The notes under the pieces were generated by a model that did not search any database, was not told where the DNA came from, and saw nothing but the letters and a program-made list of their open reading frames with translations. Below, piece by piece: positions 11,950-22,472 of a DNA stretch of 64,000 nt. The stretch is from Sphaerodactylus townsendi. Lineage: Eukaryota. Where the stretch lies: positions 69,254,001 to 69,318,000 of the forward strand of contig NC_059426.1 of assembly GCF_021028975.2 (NCBI RefSeq), in the 5' to 3' direction. The translations under genes and the position numbers were made by a program. How positions within the stretch are numbered: position 1 is the first letter of the stretch; the number at the start of each line of letters is the position of its first letter.

Positions 11950-12795
11950 TTGAGCAAGACAGAGAGAAAAAGCTACTGGATCCAACTTCATACCCTGCCT
12001 ACAAGGTTGGTTGGAATGGGATTTTTTTTGTATTTTGTGAGATGGTGTGAAATGGCATGCTTAAAAATTACAAATAAAAAAGCAAACTATTTTTTTTAGT
12101 TTGCTAAAAAAATAGCAGACTAATTTCTGATGTAGTAACAGAACCCAGCCTGCATTACTTGGATCTTCTATGCATCATATTCTGTTCCACATATGCCCAA
12201 CTTCCTCTATCTTTTAAAATAACTATATTTGTATTAATATTTTTCTACCAATAAATGTTCCAGTGTTATCAACAAGATAAAATTGGAGGAAGTATTGAAG
12301 TATGGTAAACCTCCAGGCGAAGGGTTTCCAAGACGATAAAAAACTAGTAAAGTGAACATATTTTACATTTGCTTTCCCACAGCAGGCAGCCCCTAATCTT
12401 GGTCCCAAACAGTCCTCCCCCCTCAACGATCTGAGTGTTAGTGGTGATACTCTAGGAATTTCCTCAGTCCCTATGATAAAGACCCGGTAGCTCGTAGGGA
12501 TTCCTAGAGAGTTAGGAGTAGTGTCACATTCTCCATGATCATCACAGAGAATGCAAAGTCACATCCACTGAAACTCCACTCTCCCCAAGTACTGCCCCTC
12601 AAATCTCTCATCAGCTGGTGCTGAGCTGGAAATCTTAAGTAAATGCCCAACCCAAGTTGATATGAAATCCAACAACAAAACTGGAATGGTATAAAGGGAG
12701 GTGGTAAGGGTAAAAAGGACAGGAAAGGAAGGAAGTATTGCCATATTTTAATCTCCTTATCCACTATCCTGTATAGTCTTGCTCAGCAACTAGAA

Positions 12796-12937
12796 CAGGG
12801 TTCTGCAACCTGCGGCTCTCCAGATGTTCATGGAGTACAAATCCCATCAGCCCCTGCCAGCATGGCCAATTGCTGGCAGGGGCTGATGGGAATTGTACTC
12901 CATGAACATCTGGAGAGTCGCAGGTTGCAGACCCCTG
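12796..12937. mobile_element. Palindromic hAT (Charlie-like) MITE
   Basis: About 142-bp foldback; perfect 8-bp TSD aactagaa; shares its core with 7000-7107. Confidence 0.9.
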
Positions 12938-13825
12938 AACTAGAAGGACATTTTGACTAGAGTGTGGGGTGTGGCAGGCCAAAGATTCACACCTCATGCC
13001 TATAAAAGATGTAAGGCGGGGGAAACGTCAGGGAAAATGCTATGTTGTGGGAAATTTAAATTTGAAACGTATTAGAAAGAAGACCTAAGGAAGTGAGAAA
13101 GCTGACCTTTGACCAAAATGTGATTACCATAAGATATTTATTTATTTAGAACATTTGTTAGCTGTCTTTCTACCTTGCAGAGCTCAAAGTGGCTCTGCAA
13201 GGCCACTTTGCGACGCCACAATTATATATTGGATGGACGGTGTAAGTTCGAGGCCTGGGCTGCTGCAAAAAAAAATGTTGGCTTCTCCCCTGGACATGCC
13301 CCCGCCTGCTCTCACTACGCTGCTGGCAGCAGCAAGGGCCCTGGAACACTGGTGCGGCATCCAGCACAGCGTCCCAGTGCTGGGGAAGGCCATGGTGGCC
13401 ACGCACCAGAGGAATTTCCCCTCCACCAGGGAAGTGCCCCAGGGAAGGTGAATCGGCCAGTGTAGCTGCACACCACTCCCATGAGTGGATTCGCCGCCAC
13501 CCCCCTTTGGATGGGGCTGTAAATTAGTCAAATGTAGTCTTAAATAAAACTGTGAAATATGTAGAAGTTGTGAAATAACAGGATGCAATTCCCTGCTGAA
13601 TTTCCCCACTTCCCAAATTCTACTCTCTTCAGGCCCTGCCCCCAGACTCCAGGAATTTCACAAGCTACAGTTGGCAACCTGGTATTGGAAGGTGGATGAT
13701 ACAGCAATATTGATGGGCTAATAGGTTTCGTCAGTGGTTAAGTTTGAGATTTGCTGGGAACTCTATGCATGCTCCTGCCTTAACGGAAGGAAGATAGGCT
13801 ATACAAGAAGATTAAATACCCATAC

Positions 13826-13927
13826 CGATATCTCTTGTCATCCAAAGGCACGAAGTCCATGAGTAGCACATAGTCAGCCAAGGGGTCCATGCCTGATATC
13901 TTCACTTGGAAAGTGGGAAACATTCTC
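13826..13927 (-). CDS. TBX10: TBX10 exon 3 (T-box)
   Basis: [34 protein letters not shown]; 102 nt. Confidence 0.96.
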
Positions 13928-14190
13928 CTGCCACAAGGAATGGGAGAAGGAGTTTTGTCAGGTTATTCTGCTTTTCTGCTGCTCCCCACCCTTCATGTTT
14001 CTGAAAAGCTTTTTTTTCCCCTTTTTTAATACAACCAGCTGAGAAAGGGCAGGGGGACTTCTATCTTTCAAAGAAGGACTGTCCCTATCTTGTACGAGCA
14101 TTTGGTAAGGTGTGGATTTAAGCCTTTGTGTCAGGCAGGAATGCACATACCAAACCACCACCCCCATGTTTCACAGTTGTATTGGCCTCT

Positions 14191-14207
14191 GCTGCCCCCT
14201 ACTGGTA
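14191..14207 (-). promoter_or_regulatory. CTCF-like motif
   Basis: Minus strand reads CCAGTAGGGGGCAGC, close to the CTCF core consensus. Confidence 0.55.
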
Positions 14208-14469
14208 AATGTTAATCTTGTGAATGCCTCTATTTACAGGTCTATAGGACAGCTGATAACAACACAGTTATTTGATGTTTAGCACTTATGTTTGTATTTC
14301 ATTGCAATTTCTTGTTAAGCCTTAATGCTCACAGGACCTCATCAGACTAGTAGAGGTCAGGGATCGCTTATTGTATTGCTTAGTCATGCTCTAAATTAAA
14401 ACTGTGTTGTCTAATCTTCATTCCTTGCTTGCTAATCCTTGTTTATGGGTTTAAGATCTTCATACCTAC

Positions 14470-14722
14470 CGCCCTGCCTTGGTGACAATCATCTCAGTGC
14501 CTAGACTGTTGAATTCCTCCCACAGATTCCTCATCTCCAGTTGCACAGTGACCCCAGACACACACTGGTTTTTCCTGGCCATCTGGGAACTGCCTCCTTG
14601 CTTTACAGTTCCATCAACTTCGTACTCCAGTGTTGGTCCCAGCAGACATGGGGCTCCCACTGGGCTGGGAGAGAAAGGGCAGCCATCTGAGGTCAGTACG
14701 CTCAAGCTTGCTGCAATGAATG
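14470..14722 (-). CDS. TBX10: TBX10 exon 2
   Basis: ttcttag|CA TTC; (A)[16 protein letters not shown]...[28 protein letters not shown]. The N-terminus resembles mammalian TBX10 AFLSAGLG and not TBX1. Confidence 0.93.
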
Positions 14723-15329
14723 CTAAGAAAGGAGAGAAAGAGAAGCGGCATTAACCCATTCCTCCCTGTGCCCAGCATTCCTAAGGGCATCCAGAGAGAT
14801 CCTTTGTCATAAGGTGTAAATCCCAAAAGTCAGTCTTTGTTGATTCTGTGGTAATGAAAGGTTAACAGCTTTTGAACCGGTGTTGCATTTATAACCTCAC
14901 ACAAATAAAAAGAGCCTGGATTGGCCACCTGAATTGTCCAGTACTGTAAATAATCTTTACAGATTTGAGAAAGAGGTTTTAGATCTCATGCTTCTAATCC
15001 CCACAGGTAGGAAGGCATCATTGGTTGGCACCATGGCTTTTAATGTAGAGAACTAAAGCATGCTTCCCAAAGGTACCTGCCTTGAGATCTAATGTGAAGG
15101 GAAAACTGAAAGATCTCTCAAAATTATGAGGTAATTACTTCAAAGGCTTATCAAGAAAGCTTGACCTGTGAAAGAAATCTGCTTTATTATACTAGAGAAT
15201 AGCCTGCTGCTATTAATGGATAGGCTGAATAACCCAGAACAGCTTGTCAGAGCTTGGTAACTAAGCAAGGTCAGCCACAGTTAATATTAGGAGGGGAGAC
15301 CATCAAGGAAGTATAGGATTGCTGTGAAT

Positions 15330-15860
15330 ATTAATGTTTTTTATTTTCTCTACATATAGAAACATGAACAGAAATAACAATAAACACAAACACTTTCACA
15401 CCTCACCACACCAATACAAGTATAATCACAAAATACCAAAAAAGAAAAGCAAAAAACAAAGTAAAGCAAGAAAATGTCCAAATAATTTCCCGCTGTCTCA
15501 CTATTGCATTCTAATCCATTCTAGTTTCGTGCATCTAAATAGAACATCTTATTAGTTACACTCACTCTATATTTTAATATACTATTTCAGTCTGCTGCTT
15601 TCTTTTAAGTCTCAAATCCTGTGATTATTTCTCTTCTACCATATTTTCTCAATTGGTAGTCTGTAAAAGGTTTCCAGTTTTCTACAAATTTCTCTATGTT
15701 ACTGTCTTTCATTAAAATTGTTAGTTTTGCTATTTCTGAATACATTGTTATTTTCATAATTTTCCTCATTTCTTTGAGTACCATGTCCCAAAAGGATTTA
15801 ACCTCTGTACATAGCCACCACTTATGAAAAAAGATCCCTCATGTTTTTGGTAGGATTGCT
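15330..15860 (-). mobile_element. L1/Tx1-type LINE 3' fragment
   Basis: Minus-strand remnants GSFFHKWWLCTEVKSFW and YSEIAKLT...FVENWKPF, typical of the ORF2 C-terminus. Confidence 0.65.
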
Positions 15861-16036
15861 ACATACACCTCTGTACATCTCTTGCCTTGTGCCATAGGTC
15901 CACTGCAGCTTGATGGCAAAACAAAAACAAAAAAATGTATAGGCAATCAAAGTGTACAGGCACATCGGAATCAAACACCAAACTCATGACCCCACTGCAG
16001 AGTATTTGGGACAGAGGATTACAACTGGCATCTGAT

Positions 16037-16827
16037 AAGAAGCGTATGGAGGCCATATGGTACTCGGAGTCAAAAACCCCTCCAGGTGTCCCCCTCCCAG
16101 TAAAGCCCCGCTTACTCCAGCCCCTCTTCCCGGCCCAGCAGCTGCAACACGACTTTCTCTTGCGCCTCGGCTGCTGTGCTGGGAAGAGGGGCTGGAGCCC
16201 AATGTAAGTGCTTTCTTTTAAAAGCCCAACGTAAGTGCTTTCTTTTAAAACTTTCTCACAAGTAAGAGCCGGGGCCAGCCCCTCTTCCAGGCCCAGCAGC
16301 TGGGGCATGAGAGAAAATTGCACCCCGGCTGCTGGGCCAAGAAGAGGGGCTGGAGCCCAACTCATGAGTAAGTGCTTACTTTTTAAAGTGCTTACTTGTG
16401 AGTAAGAGCTCAGCTAGCCTCTCTTCCTGGCCCAGCAACCACAGCGCGACTTTCTCTCGTGCCCCAGCTGTTGGGCTGGGAAGAGGAGCCATGGCCAGCC
16501 AGCCCCTTTTTCCGGCTCAGCAGGCAAGCGTGACTTTCTCTCGTGCCTAGTCTGCTGGGCCGGGAAGAGCAGCTGGAGACCGACTCATGAGTAAGAGACT
16601 TACTTGCAAGTAAGACGCTCGTGGGCTTTACTCGTGAGTAAGCGTTTATTTTTAGAGCGCTTACTCATGAGTAGGAGCTCAGCCAGCCCCTCTTCCCTGC
16701 CTAACAGAGAAACTCACACAGCCTCAGTGGCTGCTGGGCTGGAAGGCATCTGGTCATGTGGGGGGGTGATTTTGTGCCCCCCACGTGACCAGATTAGTTG
16801 TGCCCAGGGACATGGTTAACCCCACTG
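16037..16827. mobile_element. Non-autonomous hAT element with internal minisatellite
   Basis: TSD catctgat on both sides; decayed TIRs; internal repeats of cttactcatgagtaag and cagcccctcttcc in both orientations. Confidence 0.75.
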
Positions 16828-17110
16828 CATCTGATAACAAGTCCAGTGGGATAGTTGCATGCTAACTGGTTGGAGCAAAGCTGAACAAATTGTCTTGTTT
16901 CACCTTAAATACTAACAGATTTATGGTAGCAGAAGATTCTGTGGGCCTAGGTTCATTTCATCAAAAGTATGAAGTGAATCCAGCTGTTAGAAAGATTTTT
17001 ACATGCAGAGAAGGAAATACATTGTAAACTCAGACGTGTGTGCTTATTTTATGTATGAAAACATTATCTTTATATCTTGTCTTACCTCATGGTTCAAGAT
17101 GGCTTACAAT

Positions 17111-17931
17111 AATAGCTGAAAATATTTTCAGTTTAAAAATAAAAATAAAATAGCAAACCTCAAATCTCCCCTCCCCCGTTAATCACAATGGCTGTAAATA
17201 CTGAGGACCTAATGAAATAGCTGCATTTAGCAAGTTTAGTTTTCCTTTTCCTTTTCTATGTGAATAAAAATAATTCTAACTGTGAAATCAGTTCATTAAT
17301 CAGAAAAGTGGGCTCAATCCCAGTAACCACCCTCTAAATATTCTGTAAAGAGCTATGAATCTCTTATTTTCACTTGCCTCTAAGTATCACAAAAAAAGAT
17401 CCCTAACTCTTCATCCAGTTTGATACAGCTCAGCAAAATCTGTTTTATTGAGATCTTTCATTGTTGAGGGTGGTGCAACACAACCCCCTTATATTTTTCT
17501 TAATTCCAGATTAGAAGCATTTTAGTCCAGTATATTTGGGCAAGAGCTCTAGACTCATGTGTGCTGGTTAATTTCTGAAAATAGTCAGCCTCAGGAGCAC
17601 GTGAAACCAGGCTGTCTGAACTGAAAAGTCTGCTTGCTTGCTTGCTTGCTTGCTCATTTATTTATTTCTTCAGAAAAATTGTTAAACCCTCTCCAAAGAC
17701 CTGCTCGAAGTGGTTCATAAAATATAAACAATACAATAAAATAAGAAAAACCACAACATAATAATTATCAATATTAAAACAAGCCACAAAAATAAGCCAG
17801 GAGCATAAAATAGCTGAAAATATTTTCAGTTTAAAACTAAAAATAAAATAGCAAACCTCAAATCTCCCCTCCCCCGTTAATCACAATAGCTGTAAATACT
17901 GAGGACCTAATGAAATAGCTGCATTTAGCAA
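17111..17931 (+). repeat. 123-bp direct duplication (17111-17233 and 17809-17931)
   Basis: The two copies differ at 2 positions; offset 698 bp. Confidence 0.95.
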
Positions 17932-18135
17932 TATCCGGAAACTAAAATGATATCCATTGTCAAAGCAAGAGATATTCAGAAGTGGTTAGCCAGTGCCTGT
18001 CTCTGTGTAGTGATATTCCTTGGTGGTTTCCCATCTAAACACTGAGCAGAACCAACCCTACTTATTTTTTGAGATCCAATGAAATAGGGCTAACCTGAGC
18101 TATCCAGTTCAGGGTAAAAACAGTCTATAGCAAAC

Positions 18136-18271
18136 CAGTAGTGGGATTCAGCAGGTTCGCACCACTTTGGCAGAACCGGTTGTTAAAATGGTGCTTGTAA
18201 ACAACCACTTGTTAAATTAGTTGAATCCCACCACTGGAACCGGTTGTTAAATTATTTGAATCCCACCTCTG
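18136..18271. mobile_element. hAT MITE with duplicated terminus
   Basis: TIR cagtagtgggattca / tgaatcccacctctg; perfect TSD tagcaaac. Confidence 0.9.
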
Positions 18272-19478
18272 TAGCAAACCATAAAATGATTCTTGAACAC
18301 ACACTGGTTCAGCTCCTGTCCTGTTCCCCAGCAGTGAACAGGGAGGCAATTTTTCAATAGGCTGTTCATCTGTTTGTTGTTCTATTTGTGGCTGATCAGC
18401 AGGTTGCTTCAATTATTCTTTCCCAACGGCACTATTTCCTTTTAGGGCATGTGGCTTGTCACACAACCTGAGCAAGTTCTACTTCCCCATACTTGCTGCA
18501 TTGCTGCTCAGTTCAGCAAGCCACTGTTTAAATAAAAATGTTTACATGGACAATTAAAGCAATCACAAATAAATGCTATTTCTTTAAAAAGATTCCTTTG
18601 GTTTGATTCCTATGTTTTTCTAATTCATTCATTCTAATTAATACTGTTCATTAGTGCCAGGAGGCTTGGATAGGCAGTGTTTTTGAGCACGCAGTTCTGC
18701 CAAAACCCGATACAAACCTGACTGGCTGATGTTTGTGGTGTCTCACTGATTAAATTTGATTACATCTGATTGCCTCAGTCAAACAAGGTATGTTGGCCTG
18801 TTGAACACGTTCACTATGAATTCACAGCATCCTTCATAAAAGCAGCTTTAAAATATAATACTCAGTTAAAAGCAATGTTTTGATCTGGCAAAAGTAGGTG
18901 CCAGCTGAGCCTCAAAAGGGAGGGCATTCCAAAGGGAAGGAATGCCCTCCCCTGTGAGGAATCCTACATCTCTGTAGGCATGGAGAACAAGGCTTGGGAA
19001 GACAATCAGACCTGACAGTGTGAGAGGAGGCAGTCCTTTGGGTGTCCTCGCCCCAACCTGTTTAGAGCCTTGAAGGTAATCCCAGATGTGCAGAGGCAGG
19101 GCTAGATTTAGGAACAGATAACCCAGGTGATTGCAAGGGATTCCAGGCTTTTGTGTTTAGCTCTCCACTCAATAACTGAAATAATTAGCATAAACAGTTG
19201 CTACGTTTCAAAGCTGGCAACATAGTATGTGTGGCCAGCATTGTTTCTAAATTCCTTTTATTTACAGGAAAATTTACATCAACAAACAGGGAACATGTGA
19301 GGGGCTAGGAAATCCTCTATACCACAAAAATAATTGAACATCCTCAGATTAATAAGTATCACAAATGATCAGATGATGAACTATCACCTTATATAATGGG
19401 ATAAGTTATGAATTCAATCTGTATTGGTAACCAATACTATACAAAGGAAGTATTTAAAAGTTGAACAAATGGACTCAG

Positions 19479-19614
19479 CAGAGGCATTTCAAGAGGAAAA
19501 AGCGCATTGGTGTGTACTCCGCCCATGCCCCGCCCTGGCCCGTAACGCCCACACCCCCACAGGGGTGCACCGCGCACCACCACCACCCCCGGCACCCTTG
19601 GAGCTTCGCCTCTG
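19479..19614. mobile_element. hAT MITE
   Basis: TIR cagaggc...gcctctg; perfect TSD ggactcag. Confidence 0.85.
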
Positions 19615-19924
19615 GGACTCAGTACTAAAGATACTGCTCATCTGAGGCTCCATTTATGCCAGGGTTTAGAAGCTGTGGTTATAGGTGAGTAGGAATGACC
19701 TACACACCCATGTGGCCAGGACTGTGTGTTGCATGTGCCAGGATTGTGTCATGAATTTGAAACCAGGATCTAATGCTGGGCCCTGTTCATCTGAGCAATT
19801 AGTGATGTGAAGTGATGTGCAAGCAGTAGAAAGGAATAATACAAGTGGCACCCAAAAACTTAAGCTGAACAAAATAGATCCAAGGGGCAGATAAAGCTGA
19901 ATTCTTGATGTATTTATATCATAA

Positions 19925-20948
19925 CTAGCGGGGCCTGGCCACGCATTGCTGTGGCAATTGTCCTTCTCATCACAGTCCGCAACCCACACAGATGTCCATG
20001 CAGGTCCAATGATCCGGGGTATAGCCTTTTGGGCTGGTCAAATGGAATCCCTCTTTCCCTTTTCAATTCACATTGTTATATGATGGTGTCTTGTTTTTTT
20101 AGTATAAGGTAACCCTTTCGATTCCACAGCGGAACTGTCCAGAGTGTGAATCCCGCTGTCCATGAGGCTGGTTGACACGCACAGTCCTGGCTTGGGTAAG
20201 GCAGAACTGGGGCAAGGAGACTATCCCAGTCAGGCAGCAGAGGCAGGGTGGTGAGGCGCTCAGATCAAGGCAGCTCCCTGGGTTCTTAAAGGGCCATGTG
20301 CAAAAGAAGCAGAGCCAGTAGTGTTGGTTCGCCCCCACCCCGCGGATTTTCTTAGAAGAAAAAGGCAAACTCCAGCTTGCTTTTAGTAAAAGAGAGCTGT
20401 GGCGAATATGGGTGAGGAAGTGGGTAAGTGGTGGTTGGATGTGAGGAAGGGCAGAGTGAGGTGTGTGAGGATGAGCTGGATGTGTATGAGAGTATGTGTG
20501 TTGTGTGGTAGCAGTGGGTGAGGCACAGAGAGTGAAAATTACCTGTGTGTGAGGGGGAGAACCCCACCTGAAATCTCACACGGCAAAGTGTGCATGTGTT
20601 TCACTTCCACTCGTATTACCTAACAATATTACCTATTTACTGTTTCCACTGCTTATCTCTGCCCATCTGCGTGAACATTCTAGCCCTCAAACCAAGCCCT
20701 CAGGCCACAGACAGGCTGCACAAACATTCTAAGGGTGACAGTTAAACACAGCCAGCTTCATGGCCTGGTGCGCCAGGAAAAAGACGTTTTACCTGGCTCA
20801 GGAATGGACTTTCAGCCATTTGAAGGTCCAATTACCTGCCCAGAATGGGGAGGGATGTCCTGTGAAAATTTGGGGGCAATCTGTCCAGTCGTTTCGGCGT
20901 TAGGGTGTGACTAATAAAGTCACTGTTAGCTTTATATATATATATAGG
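19925..20948 (-). mobile_element. Non-autonomous Helitron
   Basis: Minus strand: A|CCTATATATA 5' end, 3' hairpin GCCAC-N8-GTGGC then CTAG|T; no TSD; termini match 31591-32609. Confidence 0.85.
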
Positions 20949-21309
20949 TTTAATGTTTCAGAACTGCTTCATGTTGTCATAAGACTCAAAATCTGTGTTC
21001 CAGTGTTCCAAGGGTGGAACAGGAGCGCAAACAGTGGCTACTTGTGCACTTGTGATCTGCTTGGCAGTAAGCATACATCACCTTTGCGTCAGATGCTCAG
21101 TTAAACACACATTTTCCCTGCTCCTGAACTCACTGCACCACAGATGGCAGAATCCCCATGGTTTCTGAAAGCAGGCCAACTGTGAATTTTTTTTCCTGCC
21201 TCCACAGGGAAGGCAAAAGCGATGGCCATGCATTATTTTCTCGTCAGGTTTTTTTTTTTTGTTCCTCCTTGCCTTCCCCCACCCTAGTTCTAACATATCA
21301 GATCAGTTA

Positions 21310-22472
21310 ATGAACAGAACAGACTAGAACAAGTTGACAAGTTTAAGTATTTAAGTGTCGTGGTTCAAGCTTCAGGGAACCATGTTACACACTACTGTAA
21401 TATGATAACTGAGCGTGTAGAAAAGACAATATATGCAGTGCTGAAGTTCTTCCGTACTAAAGGGGGTTTCTATGTACCAGCAGCATTAAAATTATATCAA
21501 GCTAAAATATTGACACAACTTCTATATGGTGTCTATTTGGGGATTGCACAATCGAGTATGATACAGCTAGAAAGGCTACAGTCCAAATTTTTAAGAGCAA
21601 TCCTTCAGCTTCCTCCAGGAGTCCCAAATACATTTATTAGGCTTGAAACAGGAGTAATGAGCCTGAAGGATAAGATAATAATAACAACGGCATATAAATG
21701 GATAAAGTTACACACTGACTCAAATGGTCTCTGGCCTTTTCTAGCATAAACCTAGGTGGGTTCAAGAGATGGAGAAGTGCCTTAATAAATGTGGCCTTCC
21801 ATATAACATCCATATGATCAAAAATTTTGATCATTTTAAAAGTGAACTTACCCAAAGAATCAAAGATGTATCACGACAGTCTGATCTGGCAAGATATTCA
21901 GATTTTCCTCTATACACAGAAATATATCACTGCCCCTGCTCCTTATTTAACTTATCTGGATAATAAAGATCTAAGGAGAGCTTTTACTCTTGCAAGAAGT
22001 GCACATTTACCTTCTGCTGTCTTAGAAGGGAAATATCAAAAGATACCTTATGCTGCAAGTTATGTTCTTGCTCTCTGAATTCTGTAGAAACTATAGAGCA
22101 TATGTTATTAAAGTGTCCCCTTTATGAGGAGGCAAGGAAAAAAATGCCTGTCACATCTACTACACAAGATGACATATTGTTCTGATAGTTTGTTGTGAAA
22201 AACTATTACAAGATAAGAAAGAGAATATTACTAAATGGGTAGCAAAATTCTGTCTATTCATTATGAAAAAGAAAAAATGATCTGAATATGGCATCCCCCT
22301 TAGATATTTTTGTTTTGTCTAGTAATTTTATGCTGTTTGGTGTGTCTACAAAGTATAATGATATATAGATGGATAGTGCTGGAATACGGGAGAGAGATCT
22401 GCATTCTTGTTTTGTTGTAGATATTTTGGAGATTTGTAATATATTTGGTCATTGACGGTAAATAAAGTCTTC
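21310..22472 (+). mobile_element. 5'-truncated non-LTR retrotransposon, RTE-X-like (decayed ORF2 C-terminus)
   Basis: FKYL, KLYQAKILTQLLYG, RLETG, LPSAVLEGKY, ETIEHMLLKC motifs; 3' AATAAA; perfect 14-bp TSD tatcagatcagtta (21296-21309, 22473-22486). Confidence 0.85.

Noticed and set aside
6545-14722. Calling the T-box gene TBX1
   Set aside because: Exon 2 N-terminus, the [11 protein letters not shown] and [17 protein letters not shown] segments and adjacency to ACY3 fit TBX10.
16080-16740. CRISPR-like repeat-spacer appearance
   Set aside because: Eukaryotic DNA; irregular units in both orientations inside a TSD-bounded transposon.
20068-20163. MDSGIH resembles the beta-catenin DSGIHS degron
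   Set aside because: Only a 5-residue match with no flanking similarity; likely chance.
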